From NCBI RefSeq assembly GCF_009914755.1, contig NC_060934.1: DNA of 64,000 bases; one strand, given 5' to 3'. Below, piece by piece: positions 44,207-59,511 of this stretch; the stretch's first letter is position 1; each line of letters opens with the position of its first letter. Made by a program: the position numbers and the translations under genes. The notes below the pieces were generated by a model. It made no database searches. It was not told the origin of the DNA and saw only the letters and a list, made by a program, of their open reading frames with translations. Origin of the DNA: the human T2T-CHM13v2.0 reference genome, Homo sapiens.

Positions 44207-46174
44207 CATATTTGCTATTTATGTATGTGCATATACACAAGCATAAGCAATTTATAGCAAATACACGGACTAAATAAAAATATATCACAATAAGGATGTA
44301 GACATCTAGAGTCATAGCTTTGATAATTATGATCACCTTGTTTATTTGAGAATCATGTACATTCATTTTGTAGGTTATAAAATAAAACTAATAGTTTTAC
44401 CCAGAAGTTCCGATAAGAAGGCTGGCACTGCTCTTATAATCCTTGACATCCATGTTGAGCCCAGCAAATGCACAAAAGTAATAAATAATATTGGGAGCAT
44501 GCATTCCTACTTTTAGAGACTGTTCTCATAATTAGACAAGTATTTCTCTCTTAAATTCTGTAACTTTCCTCTTTTGAGGACAACATAAAAGTTCACAACA
44601 GATGAAAACATGAAGTGCATAATGATCAAAGAATACCTATGTGAAAAGACTTTAATACTGAACTATTTTAAGACTTGGAGGTATTTACAATAAGTATTAA
44701 TTATAATAAATTCCAAAATTAAATGTACAAAAGAGCTTGGTTTATCTTTTTCATATTTATTAGGAAAGATATTTTCCTTAAATTTTATAAGAATATCTTC
44801 CATTTTCTTTATGCAGAAATAGATTATATAATAAAAGCTCACTTAAGTTGGGAGCCTAAAGATTTCCTGATATTGGCTGCCTGTTCAAACAGATGAACTT
44901 ACTATTGCTTAAAAATGACCCTGCAATAAGGGAATTTTTTCCAGTGCTCATGTATATTACTTTGGCTTGGATAATAGTCCAGAAAAGACAGTGTATAACA
45001 TTGACAAGGAAGAAGTAGATATGAGATATGGAATTCTATAAATCCTAGTTATTGTTTTATTATTACATTTCAGTGGTTTCTAGGTTTTAAAATGGTTTAT
45101 CTGTTTGGAACTTTCAACACTCATCTTTCTGATAATCATATTAATTATTATGATTATTATTCTATGATAATTAATATGATTAATTAATAATCAGATAATT
45201 TCTTCCCAGCAAATGAATCTGGGGCAGGAAGCGAGATTTAAGGGAAGTCTTTTTCTGACTCTGGAATGCTACCATTTGTCCTCATCACTGAAGACTCAAC
45301 CTATTTCATCTCATTTGAAAAACTGCTGTAGTATTGTTTTGCACAGTTTTAAAGAGACATTAGTGATTTCTTTATTGATCAGATTAATTTGACAATTATA
45401 GAAATAGCCTTAGTGTTCAAACATCATAAAATGACATTAAAACTCCAAGACACATTAGAAATTATTGCATCTTAATATAATAACCATGCAAGAGAAAATT
45501 TTCAGAATAGAACATGAAGCCTGTCACTAGGCTGTCCCATTGGAGTGGGCTGATTTTTTTTAAAGGCATTTTTACAGCTCCCTGAAGAATGATGAAGCCT
45601 GGATCTGCCAAAATAGATTAAGCAGTTGGTTTGGGAGATAAGAGCTCTACGGGGAAAACATTTAGGTTCCAATTAAGTTTGGATGTCGGCAAAGTAAGTG
45701 GAAAGAAGGTCTATGATGCCAGCCCACTGGGTAGGATTTACAGCAGCTAAAGATTGCCTGATAAGTACTAAAATTGCAGGTCATCTCTAAGACTGCTTCG
45801 TCTTTGAGCTGAGCAGTCATTCAATTGCCCTTAGAGTGTCACACAATTATTTTCATGGACTCTTAGAGTCCTACCTCGTCAGCTCACTATCTTTCCAACC
45901 AATTTGGGAAAGTCCTCTAAATATCCCTGACCACAAGGCTAACCAGCCTTAGTTTACACTCTTCCAATGATGGAGAACTCACTACTTCACAAAGCTAATA
46001 ATTTTTTATATCTGTTTTCTTTAAGTTCTACTTCATATTGAACTTGTTCTACATATGCCTTATACTGAAATGGTTATAACTTAGAGTTCTAATTAATGCC
46101 CTTCACACACAAACTAAGGGATTAGATCCTCCACACAGGAAGCCTCCAAACTTTTGAAAACATGAATATTTGCA

Positions 46175-46335
46175 TTTTGGCTGCTCTGCTTACTAGCTGT
46201 GTAAACTCCGGTAATTTTTTAAATTTCCCTGTCCAAATGTCCTCATCTCTACAATAGAATTAGTAATATTTATTTTATAGGGACAGTTAGAAGATGAAAT
46301 GCCAGACACACAGTAAGTGTTCAACTAAGTGTGTG
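46175..46335 (+). mobile_element. MIR
   Basis: gctctgcttactagctgtgt...cctcatctctacaataga...acacagtaagtgttcaa. Confidence 0.65.
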
Positions 46336-46344
46336 CTTAATCTT

Positions 46345-46885
46345 TCAATAGACTTCTCCTTAAATCCGGTACTAGAGAAACAATGTTGAAAATTGCCTTT
46401 GATTTTAGGGAGTTTCCTTCATAATGAAAAAGACAAAAACTAAATATGCAGTCTCTATAAATTGTGCCACACTCTTAGAGGAGATATACAGTGTCGAGGA
46501 AGCACGAACAAGCCAGCTAATTTAGTTCAAGTGGGAATAAGGACAGTTTCTGGCAGAAGTGACTTTGAAGGTGAGATTTGATGGGTGATGAATTGACCGA
46601 GTGAAAATGATTAAGTTAAAATAGTTGCAAGAAGATAGAATAACATGTGAAAAAAACCTAAAAGGTAAAGGAGTGAACAAAGGTTTAGAAGGCTGTTCAG
46701 TATGGCTTTAGTGTAGTATGTCAGGCTATAAGTAGTAATAGTAATAATAATATTAATAATACTGTAGCAGAAAATTTGGAAGAAGGGCAGGTTATGGATG
46801 GCCTTCTATGTCATGTTAACTGCAGGAAGTGAGAAACTATTAAAGGATTTCAAGCAAAGCAGCAATATGATGAGATTTGTAGTAG
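46345..46885 (-). mobile_element. L2 fragment
   Basis: gaagtgactttgaaggtgagatttga...atggatggccttctatgtcatgttaa...taaaggatttcaagca. Confidence 0.6.
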
Positions 46886-47431
46886 TGGTATAATCAGAGG
46901 ATGTTTTAGGTGCTGAAGTTCATGGTCCCCATAATGCCTAAGTAGGATGGGGTATATACTTTGGAGCACTTCTGGGCTATATGTCCTATTATCCTTAAAA
47001 ATTGTCACCTAAGCCATATATTCCCTCTTTTTTTCAGAACAGACCCAATTTGCATCTATAGTCATAGCATAATTATTCATACGCATTCTCCTTTTTTCAA
47101 AATGGTCCTAGATTAAATGAAAATGACATGGTCACTGGGCCTGGTCCCCAGATACCCTGAATCTTAATTTATCTCCCATTATTTTAGAGTTCTTATTAGG
47201 GAGACCCTAAGTTCATATGCAGGCTCAACCTGCATATAAGAAGTTGTTTTTGTTGTTATTATTGTTTTTAATTTTCTGATTAAGGAAAATATAGGGGTAT
47301 AATTACACTACCCATTTCTTATATGTCTTATAAGCTACTCAATGGTAAGGAAAATATTTCTATAGTCTAGTAACCCTTATTGTCCTTCTTTCAAAGAAGA
47401 AAACATCTCTTGTCCCATTCTGCCAAAGCCA

Positions 47432-47463
47432 GTGTGTGTGTTTGTGTGTGTGTGTGTGTGTGT
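47432..47463. repeat. (GT)n microsatellite
   Basis: Interrupted GT run. Confidence 0.9.
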
Positions 47464-48076
47464 TTAATGCTGAGTTTTTCACACATAATCATAGTGTTAT
47501 GAAATTTGGCTCTGCCGAGTAATGGCTGAGTTAAGGTGTAGCCAAGGCAGAGGGTCGTTTCAGTAAATGGAAGAGCAGGTCACTGAAGAAGATCCTAAGT
47601 GTTGAATAGACAAGGGACTGTCTTGGGATGATGAAGAACTTCAGGATAGAGGAAAATCAGAAGTCTGGTATCAACATCTTTAGGAAATGAGGACTATTGA
47701 TGAAAATCTGCTAATTACAGCAGTGAAAGGGATGAGAGACAGAAAACCTAGAGGATGAGCCACAAAATACCTCTATGACTCAAGTCAAACTCTTAGAGGC
47801 AAAAAATAATGATATGCTGTCCAGCAAGCCAAGTTTTTCACAACACCAAGAGAGAAACGTACTCTTTACTGAAGAGAGAAATGATGGACAGGAGTGTATC
47901 AGGGACAATTTCACAGAACAGGAGAGAAAACTTGGAAAGAGAGCAGTGACTTTGAGTTAGGAGAAGAGAGACACAGAACACAATGGGGATTATAATGGGA
48001 GATTGGACAGATGCTTTTGAGTTTCTTTCTTGGGTGCTGGGTCTGCAGAACAAAGACACTGGCACACTGGATTTAA

Positions 48077-48395
48077 CTTTTCTTTTCTTTCTTTCTTTCT
48101 TTTTTTTTTTTTTGAGACAGAGTTTTGCTCTTTTTGCCCAGGCTGGAACGCAATGGTGCGATCTTGGCTCGCCGCAACCTCTGCCTCCCGGGTTCAAGCG
48201 ATTCTCCTGCCTCCACCTTCTGAGTAGCTGGGATTACAGGCATGTGCCACCACACCCGGCTACTTTTGTATTTTCAGTAGAGACGGGGTTTCTCCATGTT
48301 GGTCAGGCTGGTATTGAACTCCTGACCTCATGTGATCTGCCCGCCTTGGCCTCCCAAAGTGCTGGGGTTGCAGGCATGAGCCACCGCTCCTGGCC
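48077..48395 (-). mobile_element. AluSp
   Basis: ggggtttctccatgttggtcaggctgg; TSD aacttttctt. Confidence 0.93.
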
Positions 48396-49875
48396 CAACT
48401 TTTCTTAAAGTTATAAACTACTCAATGTCGTTAAGCCCATGGGGAGACTGGGGCTGTGGAATTAGCCCTGAAGTCTTACAGGATACAGATAGGCTTCCTC
48501 GGGTATGTCTAACCTCTGCAGAAGTTCAGGTTTCTGGTTATGGAGAAAAATCTCCATTGGAAGGAATCAGCTATGTTCTGCCTTTTGCTGGAGACTCTCA
48601 GGAAAGTTGTCCAGGGTTTAGGGATATGAGCAAATGGATTCATAGAAAGTATGTAAGGTTCAAAGTGGATGTGAGAGACAAATTTGGGGGCAGCTTCAGA
48701 TCATGGTCTCTGAAGCCAAACCTGAGTTTGGTTTCTAGCTACATGATTAACCAACAATTTCCTCTTCTGCCAATTAACCACTGAGAAATGTCTAATTGCC
48801 CCATGGAGTCATCGGACCCTGACTTCCAAATGTTTGGAAGTCTGCTTAATAAAAGCAGAAATTCACCAGGTAAATGAATGTTTCCAGGGACCTAAGAAAG
48901 AAGGGGAGTTTTCTGACAAAATGGAGGATGCACTTTTGATATCTATAGTCTGTATTATGCCAGATTTCCAGAGCCAGTGGTTTCATCTCCAGGAAATTCC
49001 TAGACTTATTTGCAGAGGAAGAATGAGAACCCTGGAAAGGTCAACACAGATGCTTCCCTTTCTGCAGAGAAGACTTCTAAACTTCAAATATACAGCTCTT
49101 ACGGTGCATACATGCCTTGTCACCCAACCAGCATCTCATTGAGGAGTGGGTACTTTGGATAGTTCTTTTTCATTTACCCTATATGAAGAAAACTAAATAT
49201 AAGGATTATTTCCAAGTCACTCTTGATCATAGTTAGAAACTGTAGAAACATCAAAGGTTCTTGGAGTTGAAAATACAGTATGATTGTTTTCTCACCCTAA
49301 CTTAGCTACACAAATACACCCTAACTTATTTAATAAAATGAAAAATAAAAACAAAAACACAGTAGTCTCATGGAACTATATAGTGTGCTTTGTAATTTAA
49401 CTCTGAGGTTGATTAATGTCATGCTCACAGATTGCATAAATTCACCCATGAATCTATACAGTAGGTAGCCTTCATACCTATGCATATATATGGAGGAGTC
49501 AGCCACAAATGAGCAAAAGAGACCTTATAGGTTAATGAATGTCTCTAAGATATGCCCCCATCCCCACCCCCTATTTCCACCATATCTTAGATTTTGAGCT
49601 TCTTGAGGGTAGGGACTATGTCATAATAACCTATTATTCTAAGCAACTAGAATGGTGTATACCACTTTAAGATGTATTCAGTTAATTCAGGATTGATGGG
49701 TTACATCAGTCATTTAGTTATGTATTAATTTTAAAAGCACAGGGCATCTTTCAAAAAATAGAAAAATGTGTGAAACACTAAAACCACCAATTCAAATATT
49801 TGTGCACATTTTCATCGTTAATATAAACTCTCCTCTTAATCATTTTCTGGAGATAACTATTGAAATATGACCAAG

Positions 49876-50619
<744 letters not shown>

Positions 50620-52540
50620 CCGAGTTTTGAATGGGATGGGATAAACACACAGTGGAGTTTTCCCATTGGGCTACCTAGAAACCACCTTGGAAGCTATGTA
50701 GACTTTAAAACATTCTTTAGCAAAATCCTTTTCCATCTTTAACTTTAGCTTCCTTCTGTTGGTCTCTGCTTCAGAATATTCTTCTCCTGATATGTCAGCT
50801 CATACTTTCCAAGTTGGACCTCATTTGTTAGGTCTTCCACATTTTTCAATTCCCTGTGGGCCTTAAAAAGGTATTAATTTTGCCTTAGTCATGACTGGTG
50901 TTTGTAACACTCACCCTCACGTATCATCTGCAAATGTTATTAATATTTGTTTTCTACTCAGTCTCAGATGGTTTGAGAAGACGTCACATTCAAAGAGCCC
51001 TCAATCAATCAATCAATCTGTAGAGTTTCTCTGGACTTATCTTCCGCACTTGAAATGATGTCATATCATTTCTCATTTTTCTTTGTCCTGAATGCCTTGT
51101 CAACTCTACACTCGTAAAAGAATGCTCATATCTAAACAAATGTGAACTCTAAATACCTCAGTAATTTCAAAGCATCAGGTCCTTTTTGTGTTATAATAAA
51201 ATGATGTCACCACAATATCCCTCCTGTGTCTCGGCCTCGACACCATTAGATTCTTATCTATCTATTGAGAAACCCAAATTCCCCGTACCTCATTTCCCTG
51301 CCTGGACACAGGTTGCTGACTGTCATAAATTCCTTAAATTTTTTTTTTAAATTGCTGAATGATACAGGTGGTGAAAGATTTTTCTTTCTTTCTTTCTTTT
51401 TTTTTTTTTTTAATCAAAGATTAAAGTTGAACTAACTGTCCAATGAGCTTATGGATTACTGCTCTCCTACTTTCTGAATACCAGAAATACAATTGCTTCA
51501 GTTTTTCTATAGTCCTTCAACATCTCATCTTCCCATTTCTAGAAGACTTTTCAAAAATAATTGCCAGTGTTCCAGTAACTTCATTAGCTAATCCCTTAAC
51601 ACCCTAGTGAGTATGTCATCCAGAGATACAGGAATGATACAACTCAGTAATTTGAGAGGAAATTGGGGTCAGGTTCTTTGCAGCATTTTAGATTTTATTT
51701 TTTGCTTTCTTTACCATTTTCATCAAGATCTAGTATTTTTCCACTTTCAACTCTTTCAGGCACAGATTTTTTGTACTTTAATTTTTATCTCAAAATTATT
51801 TATTTTCTCACACTTTCAACACTTTTGGACTTATACCTAACACTCTTCCTTCTCCCACTAATTAAGCAAACAGTTTCACCTTTTCAGCCACTATCAATAA
51901 AGAAGATATTTTGATGTGTCAAGTTATTCTGAAACACTTCTGCCTTTTCTTGTCAATAGCATAGCTACAATTTTCTCTGGATGAGAAATGAAATGAAATA
52001 TTTATTTTCAATATAAAATCATATACATATCATGTGGTTGCTCTGCAGTAACCTTTTGAATATTACTCTCTTAAAGTTCTAGTTTCTTGCTGGCATACTT
52101 TTCAAACTTTATATACACAATTATTTTTATAATATTTGAATAATTTAAAAAATAAACATTATTTAAAAAGCAGGACAAACATCTCTTTCCTGAATATTTG
52201 AACATGTTTTTAAAATCCCACTATTTTAATGTATACCTATTAAATTATAACTGGTAAGCAACTATAAGCAAAGTCACCTGAATGTACATTCTTCAAAGAA
52301 ATTGTGAATCTACCACATTCTAGAATATACTGTAACTGCTCCAAGACTTCATATGGAAATTCTAAAGTGAAAGCATTTGTTTTATAACTTTGCGTTGAAG
52401 CTCTATGTGGTCCAATTCTGTTTAAGATCTAGAAAAAGAACTACTTGTTCTTGAGAATTATTTGTGATGATTTTAACTAATTCCTCTCATTTCATATAAA
52501 AGTAACCCAAACAGAATTGCTGGAACAACTACAGCAATAA

Positions 52541-52859
<319 letters not shown>

Positions 52860-52868
52860 TAGTGCTTA

Positions 52869-53334
52869 TTTTAAATTTTTTTTTGTATTTCAATAGGTTT
52901 TGGGGGAGTCGGTGGTGTTTGGTTACATGAATAGTTCTTTAGTGATGATTTCTGAGATTTCGGTGCACCCATCACCTGAGCAGTGTACACTGTACCCAAT
53001 GTGTAGTCTTTTATCTCTCACCTCCCTCCTGCCCTTTTCCCCGAGTCCCCAAAGTCCATCGTATCATTCTTATGCCTTTGCATCCTCATAGTTTAGCTCC
53101 CATTTATGAATGAAAGCATACAATGTTTGACTTTCCATTCCTGAGTTAGTTTCCTTAGAATAATGGTCTGCATTCCAATCAGTTTGTTGCAAATACCATT
53201 ATTTTGTTCCTTTTTATGGTTGAGTAGTATTCCAGGGTATGCGGGTGTGTCTATCTATGTATCTATCTATGTATCTATGTATCTATCTATGTATCTATCT
53301 ATTTATATCTATCTATCTAAATCTATCTATCTAG

Positions 53335-53395
<61 letters not shown>

Positions 53396-53648
53396 CTTTT
53401 CTTTATTTACTGGTTGATTGATGGGCATTTGAGCTGGTTCCATATTTTTGCAGTTGCGAATTGTGCTGCTATAAACATGCATGTGCAAGCATCTTTTTCA
53501 TATAATGACTTCTTTTCCTCTGGGTAGATACCCAGGAGTGGGATTGCTGGATCAAATGGTAGTTCTACTTTTAGTTCTTTAAGGAATCTCCACACTGTTT
53601 TCTGCAGTGGTTGCACTAGTTTACATTCCTACCAGCAGCATAAAAGTG
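52869..53648 (-). mobile_element. 5'-truncated L1PB with internal (TCTA)n/(TA)n microsatellite
   Basis: L1PB 3'UTR (ggtggtgtttggttacatgaat...cacctgagcagtgtacactgtaccc); ORF 53407-53616 is the ORF2 tail; microsatellite at 53250-53392. Confidence 0.9.
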
Positions 53649-54219
53649 AATAACTAGTGTTTAAAACTTGAAAAATATAAAGTGTGGATTCATAAAAACT
53701 TTATCCAATGGCTTTTATTTAGTATAACATTAAAAACCTGTCATCTCACTTAAAGATGTATTATCAGACTAAAAGCATTCACTCTCTAAAAGAAATATAC
53801 ATAAAATTCTAAATAAGAAGAATTTATGGATTTTCACAAACCTGCTAAAGAGCATTTAGAATGCTGAGTAATAGCACTAATTTATATGTGGATGGTCTTT
53901 TGTTGCAATCTTATAATCACTTTCTCATCTTCTTTTGGCTAGTTGGAGATATTGGAGCCCATTTTCTTATGGTTAATTATTCCCTTATTATTCACAATTA
54001 TTCAAATCTGCATAGGTGACAATTACATCATATGATATCCATAACAAATTCAATCTCTTTATGGGTTGAAGTTTAATTTTATAATGAGTGGCTTTTTTAC
54101 AAGTAATATTTTAATTTTAATTTTAATAAAAGATTGTGATGATACAAAGATTTCAAAGAAATTAATTCTACAACGAATGGCAATAATTTTAGCTGATAGA
54201 ACATGCTTTAAAGAAATCA

Positions 54220-55225
54220 CTTTATTTCTTTAGAGCAGTTTTAAGTTCACAGCAAAATTGAACAGAATGTACAGAGAATTTCCATATACCTCCTGCTCCC
54301 ACACATGCACAACCTCCCTCACTATCAATATACCACGCTGAGTGGTACATTTGTTACAATCAATGAAACTATATTGACACATCATTATCATCTAAAGCTC
54401 AGAATTTACATTAGAGTTCACTCTTGATGTTGCATATTCTGTGTGTTTTGATAAATGTAGTATGACATAAATCTAACATTATAGTGTCATACAGAGTAGC
54501 TTTATTGCCATAAAAATTTTTGGTGTCCTGCCACAGCAGTCCCCAACCTTTTTGGCACCAAGGACTGGTTTTGTGGAAGACAATTTTTCCATGGGCTGAG
54601 AAGGGGGTGTAGTTTAAGGATGATTCAAGCCCATTTTATTTATTGTGTACTTTATTTCTATTATTATTACATTGTAATACAGAAGAAAATAATTCTACAA
54701 CTTACCATAATGTAGAATCAGTGGGATCCCTGAGCTTGTTTTCCTGCAACTAGACAGCCCCATTTGAGGATGATGGGAGACAGTGACAAATCATCAGCCA
54801 TTAGATTCTCATAAGGCATGTACAACCTCGATCCCTCGCATGTGTAGTTCACAATAGGGTTCACGCTCCTATGAGAATCTAATACCATAGCTGACCTGAC
54901 AGTAGGCGGAGCTCAGGCAGTAATGTGAGCCATGGGGAGTGGCTGTAAATACAGATGACACTTCGTTCACTCACCCTGGGATCACTTCCTGCTGTGTGGC
55001 CCAATTCCTAATAGGCCACGGGCCAGTACTGGTCCATGGCTCAGGGCTTGGGGACCCCTGCTCTACCACCATTTTCACATTTCCAAAATGTTATATAATT
55101 AAATTATGTATATGTGGCCTTTTTATATTGACTTGTTTTACTTGGTTATATATATTTTTGTTTCCTTCATGTCTTTTTATGGCATGATAGCTCATTACTT
55201 TTCAGTGCTACATAATATTCCACTG
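54220..55225 (-). mobile_element. L1MC/MD 3' fragment interrupted by MER1A
   Basis: tttagagcagttttaagttcacagcaaaattgaacaga...tggtacatttgttacaatcaatgaa; resumes 55065-55225. Confidence 0.8.
54534..55060. mobile_element. MER1A (hAT-Charlie), apparently full length
   Basis: TIRs cagcagtccccaacc / gcttggggacccctg; internal ttagattctcataagg...ctcctatgagaatctaat. Confidence 0.9.
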
Positions 55226-55229
55226 TCTA

Positions 55230-55524
55230 GCTCCAGGCCAGTCCTTGGGGCCTCAGGCTCTAGAGGACCCAGGGTCCAGGTGTATTCTGGCAGACCCAGG
55301 GTCTAGTCCTACTTCAATAAACTCTAGTAATAAGCCAGCCCTGACAAACCAAGATCCCAGGACCACTCCTGCAGACACAGGCACCAAGCCAGCCTCCATG
55401 GACTCAGGACCCAGGCCTGCCTGCCGCCATGGATTCAGACTGCAAGTCTGCCATAGTGCCAGGCTATAGGCTCCAGACCCATCCCTGTGGACCCAATCAA
55501 CAGGTCCACCCCAATGGTGCCAGG
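55230..55524 (+). repeat. Degenerate 27-bp tandem array (probably old L1M 5'UTR repeat)
   Basis: Units start at 55268, 55295, 55322, 55349, 55376, 55403 (cccagg..ccaggcc...ga). Confidence 0.7.
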
Positions 55525-55602
55525 GAGCTGGAGGCTGCAGTGAGCCAAGATCACACTACTGAACTCTAGCCTGGGTGACAGAGTGAGACCTCATCTCAAA
55601 AA
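55525..55602 (+). mobile_element. Alu 3' fragment (J-like)
   Basis: ggaggctgcagtgagccaagatcacactactgaactctagcctgggtgacagagtgagacc. Confidence 0.85.
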
Positions 55603-55613
55603 TAACAGCAACT

Positions 55614-55986
<373 letters not shown>

Positions 55987-56059
55987 TCAATTAAAACTAA
56001 ATTTTAAAAAAGAAGCAAGGTGAACATGACGCAATGTAAAAAAAAAAAATGTAAGTAGG

Positions 56060-57330
56060 TCTTTAGCTATCTGCTTACAAGGTGTGCAGCGGGAGGAACT
56101 GTCCTACAGCCCCATGATGAGGTCTTAGTGTCTGGTGAGCCTCTTCCCCAGACTCTGAGCTTCATAAGCTCTCGGGTTCCCTCCCTGAGGTGATACAGGA
56201 TGGCTGGAGTGGCCTGGAGTTGGGTACATCCCTTTGCCCAGGAGAGCCAGACTCTCATAAAACCCCAGTAGGTTAGCCTCTGTTAATGAGTTTCTCCTGA
56301 GAGCAGACCTCATTAAGAAGAGCAGAAGGCTCTGGTGTATTTCAAAATGGTTCCTTTTCCTTTCTCCCTGCCAGAAGCACTGGGGGATTTTCTCTAATAT
56401 TCACTGTGAGGACCTGGTCGAGCTCCTGGAGGTAAATCTCACAAAATGTGGGAGCCTGCCTGTGACTCAGTCTCCCTAGAGTTTTTATCCTGACTCGTCC
56501 ACACCGAGCCTCCAGCCATTCATCAGTCACAGCTCAGGTTTTCCCATCCTGGCTCTGTTCCTGCAGAGGCTTCTGCTGGTAGATTTCGGCTTGGGTAAGT
56601 TGTGATTCTCTGGGTCCTGTCTCTTTCTCCGATTTTGGGGGCCGCAGTGTACCCTGTGCCCTCACTTCTCTGACAGCTCTAAGAAGAGGTGACAATTTTT
56701 CAGTTTTTTAAAAATGTAATTTTTATTTTTAGTTCTGGGGTACATGCACAGGATGTGCAGGTTTGTTACATAGGTAAATGTATGCCATGGTGACTTGCTG
56801 CACCTATCAACCCATCACCTAGGTATTAAGCCCAGCATGCATTCACTATTTTTCCTAATACTCTCCCTCCCCACATGCCACCCCCTCCACGACAGGGCCA
56901 AAACCAGGAATACCATTTGACCCAGCAATCCCATTACTGGGTATAGACCCAAAGGAATCTAAATCATTCTATTACAAAGATACATGTACGTGTATGTTCA
57001 TTGCAGCACTATTCACAACAGCAAAGACATGGAATCAACCCAAATGTCCATCAACAACAGACTGGATAAAGAAAATGTGGTACATGTACACCATGGAATA
57101 CTATGCAACCGTGAAAACTATTGAGATTATGTCCTTTGCAGGAACATGGATGAAGCTGGAAGCTATTATCCTCAGCAAACTAACTCAGGAACAGAAAACC
57201 AAACACCGCATGTTTTCACTTATAAGCGGGAGCTGAACGATGAGAATTTTCAGTTTTTTCAGTTTTGTACTTACTAGGATGAAGGGGACACTTCTGAGCC
57301 TCTTACAGGCCAGACTGGAAAGTGGAAGTC
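56060..57330 (-). mobile_element. Old L1M (L1MD/M4-type) 5' end, interrupted by an L1PA
   Basis: ttctccctgccagaagcac...gagctcctggaggtaaatctcacaaaatgtggg...ccagactggaaagtggaagtc terminus. Confidence 0.6.
56710..57246 (-). mobile_element. L1PA (PA8-12-like) with 5' inversion (twin priming)
   Basis: 56710-56899 antisense 3'UTR; 56900-57246 sense ORF2 tail (ORF 56994-57236); TSD ttttcagtttttt at 56697-709 and 57247-59. Confidence 0.88.
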
Positions 57331-57849
57331 AGAACAGGCTCTTGTAGGTGGATCTTTAAATATTTTGGAAACTCTGGACTTTCATTCCTGACATCCCATC
57401 AAGAAGACCCTGGCAACCACTTTATAGAATAGACTTAATATGTAGGATTACATAATATGTATAATTACATGTAATTCCTATTATATACGGTGTTAAGGTG
57501 ACCATTTAATGTCAATATCAATTATTGTTTAATAATCAATTGGAACATAAAAATAAGGCTAATTTTAGTTAAATATTTTAAGGTGCACTGAGCACTTTTC
57601 CTATGCCAATCTCCAGGCTGAATTAATTAGATGATGGTTTCTTTAAAGGTTATAAAGCAGAAAATGCATGCACTATTATTATCTGATGAGGAAACTGAGA
57701 TTTCTTTTTTTTTCTCCCCTTAGAAACCAGAAGACTTAAATACATTCCTGAGAGACTCTCATGAAGACGGAATTAAAATGCTCCCTAACTGCTGATACCT
57801 TATGGGAATTCCAGGGAAGTAGATGCAGGTACTATTACATTTTTTCTTA

Positions 57850-58360
57850 CTAATATTTATAGAGCATTTACTGCATCCATTGTGCACTGATACAGCGCTC
57901 TGGGGAATTAGAGAAGTGTAAGCTTAGCATGATATTAACTCAGGGATTTATATTCTAGTAGGGGAGACTAGATATGAGCTTAAATGTCTGTAATCCAGGA
58001 TAAAACGTGTCAAGGAGCACAGGAGAAATGAGAGGAGGGAGCAATGCCCCTGATTAGTGGAACTAGGAAGAAGGCTGACATGAGGCCAAGCTTTGAGACG
58101 GAGCCACTGGTAGGTGGAAATGACCTGGTAGGTGGAATTCACTGGCAGGTGAAGGCAATGACCATAAAGCAGAGGCATGAAGGCCCAGTTGTGCTTAGCA
58201 AGGAGGAAGTTACTCTTATTGGCTGCAGTGTTTGGTGATCGTGTAAGAGACAGTGGCGAGTCAGTAGATTGGAGAATATGAGGCAAGGCCTTGAAGGCCA
58301 GGCTAAGGCATTTAGACTTAGATTTTTGGAGCCCTATGGGGCACTGGAGGATTGCCAAAG
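57850..58360 (-). mobile_element. L2
   Basis: atatttatagagcatttact...attctagtaggggagact...ggccttgaaggccaggctaagg. Confidence 0.7.
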
Positions 58361-58898
58361 TTTAGCAAAGATCCAAAAATCTTTAATGTTGGCAGAGACT
58401 TGACTGATATCTAGTCTACAATATCACATTTGATAATCTGATAATGAGAGATTCATTAACGTTGCCAAGATTGCCCATGGTAAGAGCAAAAAGACATTAT
58501 ACTGTAAGGATGTACAGTTCTAAATTTAAAATTTTCAGGAGCAACCCCCAATGTCTTCTTAATCACAAATGAGTAGGTGCTGGTAGAGGAACTGATCTCT
58601 CAGCAAATAGGTAGAACTAATCCCCCAGTACCTTCATCTCAACAAAGCTTCATGGTCTCATGTAGTTTTTGTAACAATTCTGGAAGATAGGTCTTACAGT
58701 TTCTATTTAGTAGCTCAGAACAATATCTTCTGTAGTAAAATGTGTGAATCTCGGTAGCAAAGATGATCTTGAATTAAATCTCTGGTCAATTTCAAAAAAA
58801 AAAAAAAAAAAAAAAGCATTATGAAGTTTTCAGACCTCACTACTTTGTTCAGGATTTCTCCTCCTTTGACCCTTTGTCCCTTAAGAAAACTAATTCTG

Positions 58899-59394
<496 letters not shown>

Positions 59395-59511
59395 TCACTA
59401 AACACACTTATTCGTCAAATATGGCTTTCTTCACGTTTTTTAGATTTGACTTTCTCTTCCTAAACTTAAAAAAAAACAACAACAAACAACAACAACAACA
59501 AAAAAAAAAAC

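Noticed and set aside
50700-51700. Possible CR1/L3 remnant
   Set aside because: Only faint motif similarity; boundaries cannot be supported by eye.
55230-55524. CRISPR-like array
   Set aside because: Degenerate tandem units without constant repeat plus unique spacer structure; eukaryotic context and no cas genes.
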